Numbered from the stretch's first letter, positions 24,575 through 37,709 are shown. The stretch: DNA of 64,000 nt from Carcharhinus longimanus (GCA_030264375.1 JASCQW010000001.1:93535182-93599181); one strand, 5' to 3'. Program-made: numbers and translations. The notes: generated from the letters alone by a model not told the origin.

Positions 24575-25585
24575 GGCTGGAGTATGGTTTTGTGCAAGGA
24601 GAAAGGATTAACTGATAACCGAATTATGAAGGCACTCCAAGGTAGCAGTGATCAGATGAATATTGTTTTCAGCGTGAGGAAGAGAAGAGTGGATCTAAGG
24701 CAAATATTTTAAACTTAAAGAAAGGCAATTATGAGGGCATGAAAGCAGATCTGCTGAAAGTGAAATGGCAATTTAGGTAAAAGGATAGGTCAATAGAGAT
24801 GCAGCAGTGGTTAACATGTAAAAGTATATTTTATAATGCTCAGAATAGACCTATTCCAATAAGAAAGTAGTCCAAGAGGAGGACCCGCCATCTGTGGCTA
24901 ACTAATAGAAGAGTGAAATGTAAAGAAAAACATGTTTTTGCACAAAGAAATATAAAGACAGATTGTGGAATTTCTACAGAGAAAGAAAAGAGTAACAAAG
25001 TGTGCATTCATCTAATAGAAAAAGTAAATCTGGGGGTTCATAATGTAAAATAAGGAGATGGTAGAAGAATTCAACTGGTATTTTGTATCAGTCTTCACTA
25101 TAGACGATACAAGTAACACCCGAGAAATGGCTGTAAATCAGGAATTGGATTGGAAGGAATTCAAGTGCATTACAATCACCAGGGAAGTGGCACTTAGCAA
25201 ATTGTAGGGAATGCAATTTGACAAGTCCCCAGGTTCTGGTGGCTTTCATCCTAGGATCTTAAAGAAGTGATGAGATAGACAGTTGTTGCGCTAGTTTTAA
25301 TTTTCTAATATTCACCGGCTTTGGGAAGTTTCCACTTCATTGGAAAATAGCCAATGTAATTCCTTTATTCAAAAAAGGAGGGGTGTTAGAAAGCAGGAAA
25401 CTATAGGATTTTAATTAGCTTAAAATCTGCTATAGTGAAAATGTTAGAAGCCATTATCAAAGATGTTATAATAGGGTGCTTAGGTAATTTAATCAGGCAG
25501 AGTCAACATGGCTTTGTTACAGAGAAATCATGTTAACTAATTTGTTGGAGTTCTTTGAAGAAATAATAGGTGCTGTGGATAAACG
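24575..25585 (+). mobile_element. Degenerate CR1 ORF2 fragment
   Basis: Disrupted relics of K.PG..GFHPRIL, WKIANVIPLFKKG, QSQHGF..KSC.TNLLEFFEE motifs. Confidence 0.8.
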
Positions 25586-25596
25586 CTACCCAACAT

Positions 25597-25720
25597 CCTA
25601 GTGTCAGAGGGATTAGCAGGGTAAATGAGGGTTATGTGAGTAGGGTCTGGGTGGGATCGTGGTTGGTACAGACTAGATGGGACAAATGGTTTCCTTCCGT
25701 ACTGTAGGGGGTTCTAGGAT
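25597..25720 (+). mobile_element. HE1-like SINE 3' half
   Basis: ctagtgtcagagggattagcagggtaaat...ttccttccgtactgtaggg. Confidence 0.7.
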
Positions 25721-27227
25721 TTGTCCCTACAGGTTCTTACTACTCACATCTTCCAGGAAGGTGCAATGGGCAGAACTGTGGACCTCGGCATAGCTACTTG
25801 TCAATGCTGACCCCTCAAATGGTAATTTAATTTGACCTTTAGGTTGTGAGTCAAGTGCTCAATTGGTTGAGATAGTGGGTTGTCTCTGTACAAGCCCTTT
25901 TACTCTACAGGGATTAGGCCACTTTATGCATTCACATTGTCTGATGTCTTATTTACAATGTCATTGGTTTCTTTAGAGAATCTGTTACAAAGTCGGTCTG
26001 CCCTTTTGAAGCTCTTCAGCCTGGCACTGAAGGACACCATGAGCTGCCAGCAGCTTTGATGACTAAGAGTAAAACGTTTTCCCATTCATACCACGGGGGT
26101 TTTACCAACCCAACTACTTCAAAGATACAAGTAGTTTTAAAAGAGGTCATAATGTTATAACCAAAATGTCAGGGTGAATCAACACTGAGGTATAATCCCT
26201 GACTAGAACTGCAAAAAAAACGTTTAGTGTTACAAAGTTTACCAAGTCATCGCGCTCTCAGGTTTCCATGACAATTAAGAGCCAAGGTTGACAGAGAAAA
26301 CTTACAGGGGCTCAACAGCTGGCTTATGCTAGCAGAGCCAAGAGATTAAAATCCACCTCACAGAACACAGCCAAGCAACTTCCCTCGCGTCTGCGTAAAT
26401 TATCATCGGAGTCTTCCTAGTGTTGAAACCAGCAACAGTTATCATGGCAGCTCCTAAGATGAGTAATGGTTTTGATTTGACAAGGCGACAGTAACCGTAG
26501 CAACAGTAACTTGTGAAGCCTGCACAGCCATTGTTGGATTCAATGCAGCAGAGGCCAGAGAGGCCAGAAAGAAAATGAAGCAAAGAACTATGGCATCTGA
26601 CACATCTAGTGTCCTGCACTTTAATCATAGCTGGGAGAAATTAATTCCGGAGGATTTTCAAGATGGTTCCCCGTGTCGCTCCAGCTTTTGTTATCGGCTG
26701 CAAAACTCTCAATCCTGCCAACTGCCAGACTCAAAGGAAATATTTTCTATTTCAGAAAACACTCTGTTAGAATGAAACATTTGCCTTCGGCCTTTTACAA
26801 ATCACTTATCTATTTCACTTGCATGATCATGTCATGTCAGCATTAAAAGAAAAAGTAATTAAAATTTCATAAACAAAAGGACATTAATAAATTATTTGTG
26901 CTGGTGTTTCTTTAAAAGCTTTTGCTTCCATTTCTTTAAAAGCTTTTACTTCCCAAAGATGGCGACTTGTGCCGGCACAATCTTCCACAGACCACGGCAA
27001 CTCTATGGCAACTTGCCCAAATCATCATCCCTCAAATGTGCATGCGGAATATGAATTTTGGCAGACTGTTGAATCATCAACAGCATCACTATCAAGTCAA
27101 ATCCTGTCTCTGCCTGATGTCTGCCTTTGTGGATAGAGGGGCATTGGTAAGAGTCAGGAATAGGAACCCTGGGGCAATACTCCGGCCACACTCATGCGTG
27201 TGCAAATACCATTGTGGCTTGAGACTC

Positions 27228-27873
27228 GAGGGAGAGAGAAAGAGAGGGGAGACAGAGAGGGGGAGAAGGGGACCAGGAGGGAGAGAGAGAGTGAGGGAGA
27301 GAGAGAGGGAGGGAGAGAGGTAAAGTGTGATGGAAAGTGTGTGAGACAGAGGGAGGGAGAGAGAGGGAGAGAGAGAGAGGGAGAGAGAAGGAGGCAGGGA
27401 GAGAGGGAGTGTGGGAGAGAGAGAGGAANNNNNNNNNNNNNNNNNNNNNNNNNNNNNNNNNNNNNNNNNNNNNNNNNNNNNNNNNNNNNNNNNNNNNNNN
27501 NNNNNNNNNNNNNNNNNNNNNNNNNNNNNNNNNNNNNNNNNNNNNNNNNNNNNNNNNNNNNNNNNNNNNNNNNNNNNNNNNNNNNNNNNNNNNNNNNNNN
27601 NNNNNNNNNNNNNNNNNNNNNNNNNNNNNNNNNNNNNNNNNNNNNNNNNGAGGGAGGGAGAGAGAGAGAGGGAGGGAGGGAGGGGGGTAAGAGGGGGGAG
27701 GGGGGAGAGACAGAGGGAGGGAGAGAAGGCAGGAGAGAGGAAGGGAAAGAGGGATGGAGAGAGAGGGAGGAAGAGGGGGAGAAGAGGAAGGGGGGGAGAA
27801 AGACAGGGTGAGAGAGAAGGAGGGAGAGAGAAGGATGGAGAGAGGGGGGGGAGAGGGAAGGAGAGAGATGGAG
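27228..27873 (+). repeat. GA-rich polypurine low-complexity tract with a gap
   Basis: Almost pure G/A on both sides of the N run. Confidence 0.95.
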
Positions 27874-27875
27874 AG

Positions 27876-28525
27876 GCCATAACATGATTTGCATCAGGGA
27901 GAACTCATTTTAAGATTCTCCCTGCCCCTGGCCAGCAACATAATCTGGTTCACACCCAGATTAACATATCTGAATCTTCATTTAAATATGCAAATCTGTT
28001 TTAAACCAGATTCAGAGAACATAGAACATAGAAAACTACAGCACAAATTCACCCAGCTCCTGGAATTCATTTCCCCACCGGTGCAATGTGAAGCTGGCAG
28101 GAACCACTATTGATCTCCACAAATGGAGACTAGCCGGAATGACCCACTTGGGGGCTGAGGCCATTGGAGCCCCTGGGTGATCAGGAACATGACTGGGCAG
28201 AGCCAAGCTGTCTGTGCCTGTCAGGCTGGCACTGCAGGGTGCCGGGGACTGCCAGGTTGGCACTGCCAATGGGGGCTGATGGCAGTGTTGGGAAGCCCGA
28301 TGTTGGATATTGAAGGCGGGGGTGAAGCTTTAACCTCATTTTGAGATTGGGCTGCCCCTTTAGGCTCTGCCCCTCTCAATCATAGCGCAAACCACCCATC
28401 AGAAAATAATGACTAAGTGAGGGAGGATTGTGATTGGGAAATCGCACCGACTGACCGAGTGGAATCGCACTGCGTTTCTTACCCAAGATGGCACTTGTTA
28501 TTTTTCTGTAAAATTGCACTCCCTG
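27876..28525. mobile_element. Non-autonomous DNA-transposon remnant (related copy inverted at ~24230-24570)
   Basis: cttcatttaaatatgcaaatc at ~27977 versus gatcctgcatatttaaatgaag at ~24398; ends gtaaaattgcactcc like the MITE termini. Confidence 0.45.
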
Positions 28526-30428
28526 ATTAATTTTTGCCCTCCCTAATAAAACAACAGTGAAGCTACTGCAGCCTGAGCAACAATCAGTTTTGAAAAGTTC
28601 ACTTTGGGTGAAGAAAGCAACCAGACTTCCAATTCCAGAGTTTACAGTATAACCAGGATTACGAAACCCAAAAAGGAAAAAGACTTGCATTTTATTTAGC
28701 ATTTTTCATGGTTAACTCGGCATACTCAGAGAACTGCAGCCAATTAAGTATGTCTTGGACTGTAGTCAATGTTGTTAATGTAGGAAATGAATAGCACAAG
28801 ACAAACAAAATAAATAATTGTTACATTAACCTAACTTTATAGTATTTTGAATGTGCTCCCTCTTCAAAGTCTCTTCTTGCACAAACTCTACAAGATTGAA
28901 GTCCAAATCTAAATTTGAAATCTGGTGACTAATGATTCATTCCTTCTGGCAGAGAAAGAAGTGGTCTGGCCCAGCTCTGTTAGTTATGAACATGCCTGAT
29001 GGAATAACTCTGCCGTTAGAGGGACAGAAAAACAAATGGTGTTTTGCTTCTTAAAGTCTAAAACAATAAAAAGCAGAGTGTTGATCTTGCTCAGTCACTG
29101 CGCAGTCATTTTTGGATTCCTGCCCAAGCAGGGACTCATCAGCTGCACCTAATTTTTCTGACAGCGCATGGTACAGGGATGAACATATTAGGTTCAGTGC
29201 ACCATTCCATCACAGGGTGAGAAAGTCAGCAGAAGAAAATCTATTCCATTAGCCTGGGAACCTCCAGCTCCATCCATCCTGAGCAGCACTGCTAACAGCC
29301 ACGGAGAATTCCACTACCCAGACAGTACTTAGCCCTAGAATTAAGAAAGGAAGATGGTGCTGAAAGGGTCAGTTGCATCTGCATGTTGTTTTTCTTCCAA
29401 TTCAATCAGTGTATGTTCCAATCAGATAACTGCCAAACCCATTTCTGTGTTTGGGTCTCACTTTTGTACATCACTGATGCATTATAAATTGACACATTTC
29501 TAGAAGAAGTCCATTCTTGCAAGCACTTGGCATGTCTATTTCATTGAATCCCAGCCTGTTTGTAATTGTCCCACCTGTCTCCCTTACTAGAAGTGCTTGG
29601 TTCTACAGGAATGCATCCATGAGAGTGCCGAGATTCCTAAAAGGCAGAGTTTCCAGCGTATCAGGTCAAACACTTGGTGCAATGCAACGCAGCTGAGCAG
29701 AAAACAACGATCACTGAACTGTGATCCAACAAGGCAAATTAAACAGTCAAAATCCATTTGCTTCAGAGGAGCAGCCAGCAGGCTGTGAACAATGTGCTTC
29801 TCAAGAGGTACAAGTTTTGGGCAGGACAGCATTGCTGTCAATGAAAAATCAAGTCACTATAAATATGGCCGACCTTCACTGCACTCATGGGTTGCGCCTT
29901 AAGGTAGCTAGTTAAACAAAAGTGGTGGGACAGCTCATTCATACACTCACTGGTGTGCTGTGGTCAATGAACAATGTATCCACACAGGAGGATACTGAGA
30001 CTAAGCATTTCAGAACGAGGATGGGGACGGAGGGGTGGTGGGGTGATACTATTGCACACAAGCTAATCCTATTGAGAAAAGCATTGAAGGAGGTTACCTG
30101 CCCAACAGCTGTGTGGAAGAATGTTGCATGTTTATGAATAGGGGCTGTTACTAAAGCAAAGTGAAAAAGAAATGGAAGCAAAACTAAACAAGGAAAGAAA
30201 TGGCTTCAATTCTGATCTTTTTTTAATTAGCCACTTTCTAAGCAGGGCAACTGCGACCCAGCAGCGAAACAAAGAACACAACTTTTATTATTCAAGAAAT
30301 ATTTCAAAAAAATCAAATTGAAATGGAGAAATGAAACACAGAATATATGAAGCTTTTTCTCTTTAAAATGTAGTTTTCCTCCTCCACAACCCTCATAAAC
30401 TCACACACACACAAATAGATTTATATAG

Positions 30429-30430
<2 letters not shown>

Positions 30431-30462
<32 letters not shown>
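30431..30462 (+). repeat. (AC)n microsatellite
   Basis: About 16 perfect AC units. Confidence 0.95.
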
Positions 30463-30464
<2 letters not shown>

Positions 30465-33400
30465 CTTGTTCCAAACAAATATCAAAAGAAAATGAATATG
30501 TTTCCCCAGAGCTTCTCCGATTCCACTTAAATCAGTACTTAATCTCCTGTGGTCTTGTGTGGTTCAGCTCGAAGTATTTGGAAATATTAAATTAAAGAAA
30601 TTACCACTGGGGCAAATAATCATGCTGAAAAATTACTTTCCTTTTACTCCATTACAGTACTACATTGTAAATGTGAATGAGGTAGTACTCAACACCACTG
30701 CAGCCTGAACAAATCACTTACCAATAAAGCAAATTAATACCTACTCCCAATGCCCACAAATCAACAAGCTTACCAACAGGTCAAATACAAACATAACACA
30801 GACATCCATTTAGTCAAATTACTTTTTTCCTTACATTCCTAAGTCACAATTCAGAAACTATTTCAATTATTCAATGTTTTAATCCACAAAGTCTTCAGAG
30901 TATTCTCCATTGTGGTGATTATTATTACATTACCCATTTCTTTTTTAAGTAGCTCTGAGGACAAGGCATATGGTGCAGAATTTTCATCTGCGTTCTAAGT
31001 TGTCAGCAGTGTTGTGAAACACTGTTCCTTCATCTTCTCTTCCTCTAAAAATGGAGGGCTGAGTTGAATTATTTTTACAAGTACCAACACATGTTTACCA
31101 TGGGTCAGTTTGTTTTTAGTTACCAGGTTTGATGTACATCAGACTACTGCACACAGCCGAACAGAGTACTCAAAGCAATTGCACAATGGTGCACCGTGTG
31201 GATACATATGAATGCAGAGCCCTTAAATGAAGAATGTTAATGGAATTTTTGGTGAGAGCCAGAATGAGTAGTCGAGAAATATATGAGGTACCTTTAACTG
31301 CAATGGTAGTTATAACTGTTAAAAATATTGGCTTTTGTATTCATTCTGCAGTTGGATGATTATAAATATCTGTGTATCGTGTCTAAACCCAGACACAAAG
31401 ACCCTCCTTCAGGGTTTTCTCAATTAGCCATCATAGCTCTGAAGGTCATGTTAAAATGATTTATTTTTCCTTTGGCATCCAGGCCACAGTCTCGGTTTGG
31501 AAGATTATGCTTGCTTCTGCTGTTTAGTGCATGGAACACCTAGTATCACTACTATACTCATTGCCAGCTCGACACCACTTTGAAAGCCTAACACATGAAA
31601 TTCTTAATGTAGGATCCTTGGATCCACCCCTTCTTATGCCACTGGCCTTGTTTGGCATTTGAGGAAGCTTGATTCCCAAGAAGACTGAGTGGAATTCTGG
31701 TGAAAGATTAAGGTCCAGGCTTACCAGATCCCAGTCACTGATCCCTTTACTAATTCCTTTTCATGTGAAGCCAGATTTTTTTTTTCGATGCATGGCGCAT
31801 TTGAGTTTCTTTTGTGCAGTTTTTAAATGGAATGAGTCTTGCACAGTGTCTTCCAGGCTATTGCAGTGCTGCAAATACATGCAACTTAGTGGAAACATGG
31901 GCCCCAGCTTAAAGTTACAGCAGGAGTGCACTGGTAAGTCTGTACATTGGTCTATACATACAGATACTTGCAAACACAGCTGTGACTATACTACATATAG
32001 ATACATCCCAACTTGAACTTATGAATGAGTGCACAGTGGTTAGCACTGCTGCCTCACAGTACTAGGGTTCAATTCTGGCCTTGGGTCACCGTTTGTGTGG
32101 AATTTACACTTTCTCCGCATGTCTGTTTGGAGTCACTTGCACCATTATTACAGCGCACAATCTGCCCTTGGAGACTTACCAAGGTTAGTACTAGTCATAG
32201 CTCAGCAGGTACCTGGGATTTCAAAATGGCCGAATGGTGAGTAGTATAAATTGTGCTAATGATATTTGAACTGGCATCCTAGCCCTGCAAACACAGCTGT
32301 GACTATACTACTGTTACAGAACAAATACCTTGATCTAAGCCTGTGATGCTTCCAGCTTGCATAGCTCTCTAAGAGAAGCCACACAGCAGATAGTAAGAGT
32401 GACGAAAATTCCCTTGGTTGCTGTTAGTGACCAACTGCAACTAATCACACATTTTTCACATGTCCAGTTACTCATATTGTTCATCTGTGCCAAACAGACG
32501 CAGAGGTAGCTACCCACCTGAAACTTATAGACTTTTCTTTGAATTGCATTGAACAGTCTGTTATATGGAGACATATCACTCCACTTCAAGTCACTTTCTA
32601 CTGCATGTGCACAAAGGGATCAGGCTGTCAATCATCCCCCATCTGTAAATCAGAGATATTTTGACAAAGAAATTAAATAACTCACTCGAGACAAGAACAG
32701 AGTGCCACAAAATGCTAATCATTCTTGGCATGCAGAGTACAACCTGAGCAAACATTTCTGGAGACTTTGATAGACGTGTTTCCTTAAAGAAAATAGATTA
32801 CAATTTGTGTTGTGTTATCTAAGTTTCCTTTGGCACTGGTATAAGCAGCTTGTAAAGCAGTTCAGTTATTCTGAAAGAGTTTTATTTTGAGCAGCATTTC
32901 ACACTATCGTAGATATTCAAGTTGCTGATTATCAGCATTATTATAATTTGCTATGTCACTTAAACTGTTGAATGAAAATCCATTTAGCACAAAGTTAAAG
33001 AGTAGAGCGTGCCACAGATGAAATACAGATTTGGTAACACTGCAAAGTCATTATTTGTAAAGNNNNNNNNNNNNNNNNNNNNNNNNNNNNNNNNNNNNNN
33101 NNNNNNNNNNNNNNNNNNNNNNNNNNNNNNNNNNNNNNNNNNNNNNNNNNNNNNNNNNNNNNNNNNNNNNNNNNNNNNNNNNNNNNNNNNNNNNNNNNNN
33201 NNNNNNNNNNNNNNNNNNNNNNNNNNNNNNNNNNNNNNNNNNNNNNNNNNNNNNNNNNNNNNNNNNCACGCACACTCTCGATTTCACGTTCTGTTCAGCA
33301 ATAACCTCAGGGCAACAGAAATCTAATATTTCAGTTTTCTTCTCTTCCTCACATTGAAATCTTCCATTTCCCTCACAATAGCAAAATCTTTGACAGCATA

Positions 33401-35049
33401 AGTTCACATGGGCTAATGTTAACAGATTGGTTCCTCGCTATACACATTCCTGATTGGTAAATTCCATTGATAATTGGGCGGGGTGTATAATGGGTTGGGT
33501 GTATAATGAGCTGTGAGCAAATCTCCATCTGCTCAGGCCCAGCAAAGTGCTGTAGAATGGATTGCAGCCTTATTGGACAAGTGATAGGACAATAACAATT
33601 GCAGCCACACTTCTCTAGTCTGCAATCCCATCAATACGGGCTTCGCTCTGGAGCGCAGCCTTACCAAATATCCCCTTTTATGCATATTCTCTCTTTTGTT
33701 CAAATCTAGAGAGGAAGTCTCCTCCAATGGCTCAGCTCAGGTTGCACAAAAAGGTAAGACCCTAATCTCAATCCTTGATCTGTGTTGAGCTGGCAGCAGT
33801 AGTGCTGCTGGAGCTCTTTCTTTGTTAAGGCAGACAGAACTGGCAATGGCTTTTGATCCTGATCGTCATCCAGCAGCTAGAATGTGCATGTGTGGCTTTT
33901 GATTCGGGACAGAATATCGGCAATGGTGTCTCCCACAGTCAAATAACTCATCAATGCTCAGTACCAAGACTTTTGCCTGAAAAGTCGCTACTTTGACAAG
34001 GTAACAAACACAGACTGGCATCCGCAAAACTGTTCACCAACACCAACCAGCAGGTCGGGTAGTGAATGTTGCACAGTGAATTCTTGTTGCAGGAAACCAC
34101 AGTTAAGTCAGTTTCTGTCAATCTGAACCAAGTGGATTTCTTACTGGCCCCGCCTGCTGATAAGCTAGAAGTTCACACCGTATTTTCTAGCCACAGAATT
34201 GACTACACACTGATGTATGGAAATGTAACTGACCTCTTCTTGTGAAGATTGCCCTTTGACATCAGCTGAGCCAAAAATGAAAATTGAGCTCTGGACAAAT
34301 ACAAACCACAAGCATCTTTTTAAAAATCATTTTTACTTTCACAGAATCCAAATAATCCTACAGGTTACCCGGTGTTCAGGCTCATTACTAATTCAGCTGC
34401 AATACAATTAAGCTCTAAGCACAGCACTGAAAAAGGAACAGCAGGATCCAAGATGCTGACTTGTTAACAGAATCATTGTCACTAGCAGTACATTACCATG
34501 CTGCACAAATATACAAGATGCATTGAATAATTCGGCAATAGCAATTTTGGCACAAAATAGCTGCATCTTGTGCAGGATCTAAGGTTGTGAATGGACCTCT
34601 TTCTTTCTGAGTTAAGACTGTCAATATCTTTGAAAATTAAATACAGTCAGAATAAAAAACAGTACACTAAACACTAATATCCACTGGGAATAAAATGATT
34701 CATACAAGCATTTACTGAAATATAACATACTAAGCAGCAAGCTGTCTTAATGGAAATTCCCTTAGAGAGAGCCATAGCTTAAGTAGATAGAATGATTTTT
34801 TTTACAGTGGGTTGCTGGCCTGAATAAAACATACAGCTGCAGAACTCAGTAGTTCAAAGTTTAAAATATCAATTGAAAATGTATAATTATTCCACTCAGC
34901 CAAGCAGTGCACTATTTTAGGATTGCCATTTGCAGTGGTCACATTTGAAGAGCAATTGGGAATTGTAATCAAAATGGTTTTATTAAATCTTGTTCAGACA
35001 AAGAGTTTCAAGCAATGATGCAAATACATCAGAGATGGTTCTGCACAAT

Positions 35050-35985
35050 TTTCAGTCATTTCTCATCCCTGGAATCATTCAAGTAAACCTCTCCTGTATT
35101 TTCTCCTACATGTAAACCTCTCCTGTATTTTCTCCCACTACAGAAGTGATGTTAGGGGTAAGTTTTTCACTCAGAGGGTGGTGAGTGAATGGAATCGGCT
35201 GCCGTCAGTGGTGGNNNNNNNNNNNNNNNNNNNNNNNNNNNNNNNNNNNNNNNNNNNNNNNNNNNNNNNNNNNNNNNNNNNNNNNNNNNNNNNNNNNNNN
35301 NNNNNNNNNNNNNNGGTAGGTGTTGATGTGTTCGGCGCAACTCGTGGGCCGAAGGGCCTGTTTGTGCTGTAGTGTTCTATGTTCTATGTTCATATCTTTC
35401 CTAAAGTGTGATGCCCAGAGCTGGACACAATACTCTAGCTGAGGCCTAAATAGAGTCTTAAACAAGTTCAGCATAACCTCTTTGCTCTTATACTTTATAC
35501 CCCTATTAATAAAGTCAGGGATACTGTATGCTTTTATTAACTGCTCTCATCTGTCCTGCAACCTTTAATGACTTATATTCTTAGGTCTCTCTGCTCCTGC
35601 ACAGTTGTAACTCCTTTAGAGTTGTAACCCTTATTTGCTTAGCTCTTTCCATGTTCTTCCTACCAAAATGCATCACCTCACACTTCTCCATTTCACTGTT
35701 TTGTCTCTGTACTTCTGAAGAACACTGTCCTCCTCAGTTTGCAATACTACAAGGTTTGTATCATTCGCAAACTTTATAACTGCCCCCTGCACACCAAGAT
35801 TGAGATCATTAAAATATATCAGGAAAAGCAAGGGTCCGTACTGATCACTGGGCAAGTCCCCTACAAACCCTCCTTCAGCCTGAAAAGTATCCATTATTCA
35901 CCGTTTCCTGTTACTCAACCAATGTTGGATCTTCTTTGAGACTCTCCCTTTTATTCCTTGAGCTATAAATTATCTCACAAATCTA
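35050..35985 (-). mobile_element. Old CR1 ORF2 C-terminal fragment, split by a younger opposite-strand CR1 3' end
   Basis: ORF 35673..35894 GPLLFLIYFNDL...IKFANDT (RT FADD region); ORF 35205..35474 LFKTLFRPQLEYCVQLWASHFRKD. Confidence 0.85.
35140..35390 (+). mobile_element. Young CR1 3' end (with gap)
   Basis: tttttcactcagagggtggtgagtgaatggaatcggctgcc...gtgggccgaagggcctgtttgtgctgtagtgttctatgttctatg. Confidence 0.85.
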
Positions 35986-37429
35986 GACAAGGTTTGCACT
36001 CTCAATTCCTATCCAGAAACGATCCATCCACTACGACTCACAGTAGCATTTGGTCAGGTGAGCACACGTTCAAGCTCAAATGACAACCTTGCAACTAAGC
36101 TGCCTGCCAATTTTGACTGTCCAGGCTAACACACATGATGAATGAGGTGAGGAGTTTCAGAGTGACAAGCACCAGTGGCCTCATACCCAGGCAAGGGGAC
36201 AACACCGTTAGGAGAGAAATGGGGTCAAAATGGGAAGAAAACAGAGCAGAAAAAGTGAAGTCTCAGTACTGTTTACAATTAGAATCAAATTATTTATGCC
36301 ACAACAAAATGTCTTTAACATCATTCCAAATGACTTTTCAGTAAATTGACGAACTGTTAAAAGCTGCATTGGTGTTGATCTAATAGTTACACTGATCTAT
36401 ATTATTTTCTAAGTATTTGAAGGAATCACAATCTACATCATGTTCTCTGAAATTTTTCATAAGAATAGGGGATGGATGACAGTCTTTCAACAAAATGCGC
36501 ATGTTATTATATTTCTTCTTCAAGAAACACTAAGAACCATGACGGCTCCTCCCCACAGAAAAGAAGAAATAGACACTAAGGTGATCAGTTCTTTGAGTTT
36601 CACTTTTGAGTGGCAGCACCTGATAAAGTGAAACTCTGCACGCACAGTCCCTCTTCGTCAGAGGACTCCAGTTACTTTCAGTGCAATTACTCAAGTTAAA
36701 ATTAAGAGGCCCCTCAGACATAAACCACTGTCATTTCACCACAGCTTGCAATGACAACTAGACCAATCCAGCCGTAATTCACACTTTCTGCTAATATCCA
36801 CCCATTAAGTAAATGATAAAGGTCTAAAAACCGAATGCATCAGGATTTCTGCTAAGAAAGTGAAAGTAAAACGAACCACAGATTAGTTCTGAATCAAATC
36901 GCAGTTTCGGAACATTTGTTCCATTAGGCATAGAGAATTCCAAGTTAACCATAACTATGTGAAACCATACCAGACATGACCTTCATCCTGTACCTTTCTG
37001 AAACGGCTCACTTCTCAATGGCTTTAGAATTAACTGTTTTCCTTCTAAATTACCACCAGGACTGCATCTGTCTGCTTCAAAGTGCCTGAGGATAACTCGG
37101 AGTTTAAGCTCTAACTTTGATTTATGATTTGTAAGAAAGCACAAAGCAAATTACAACTCTATCCTACTGGTTCTCTTAAAAAAATAGCTGTAAGGGATTC
37201 AGAAAAATTGTGACAATTAGTCAAAAATAAATTCCCTCTCCAGACAGCCATATAACAAAATATCTATAATTATATAGCCATTTGCAATGTTAGGTTAGAT
37301 TGAAGAGCAGGTTACCAAGAGTCAAGCTGTGCTGATGTGGTGCAATTGGTTCAGGAGTAGCCACATGGCTCTGAAATCATCCAGGTGTCTTTCTCATTGT
37401 CAAATTTGACAGGTTTAAGGATTACTCAC

Positions 37430-37501
37430 AGTCTGTAGAGCTTCGGCGTTCCCAGGAAAAGCAATTCTGGCAAGACTTGTAGATTGTTTCTATTCAGGCG
37501 G
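37430..37501 (-). CDS. SLIT2: SLIT2 exon 4 (one LRR, 72 nt)
   Basis: ctctgcag|C CGC CTG AAT ... TAC AGA CT|gtgagt translates (L)RLNRNNLQVLPELLFLGTPKLYR(L). The FLGT..KLYRL residues favour SLIT2 over SLIT1/SLIT3. Confidence 0.95.
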
Positions 37502-37709
37502 CTGCAGAGAGGCAGAAAGTGGAACGAGAAATAGTTGTGAGAAATCTGTTTCCGCAAAAAATCACTCTTCAAACACTCAAAATTTCTCTTCTCACTATGT
37601 TCATTCAATAAATGCTGTGTAATCTCCAGTATCTCAGCTAATTGCTATCCTTCATCCCTGAACCTGGAGCATAATGACAAAGCTTACTAATCCCACACTC
37701 TCAGCAAAG

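Larger units (their letters stand above)
1..37429 (-). other. SLIT2: SLIT2 intron 4 (partial, continues beyond window start)
   Basis: Begins at the GTGAGT donor after exon 4. No further Slit LRR exon was recognised in 1-37429. Intron 4 is very large in other vertebrate SLIT2 genes. Confidence 0.8.

Noticed and set aside
27092-27894. Long ORFs on both strands (up to 262 aa)
   Set aside because: Products of GA low-complexity sequence and an N gap; no protein family signal.
1-37429. SLIT2 exon 5 or miR-218
   Set aside because: No DLSENQI-type LRR exon and no miR-218 mature sequence recognised by eye. miR-218 lies in a much more 3' intron. A tBLASTn would be needed to exclude them fully.
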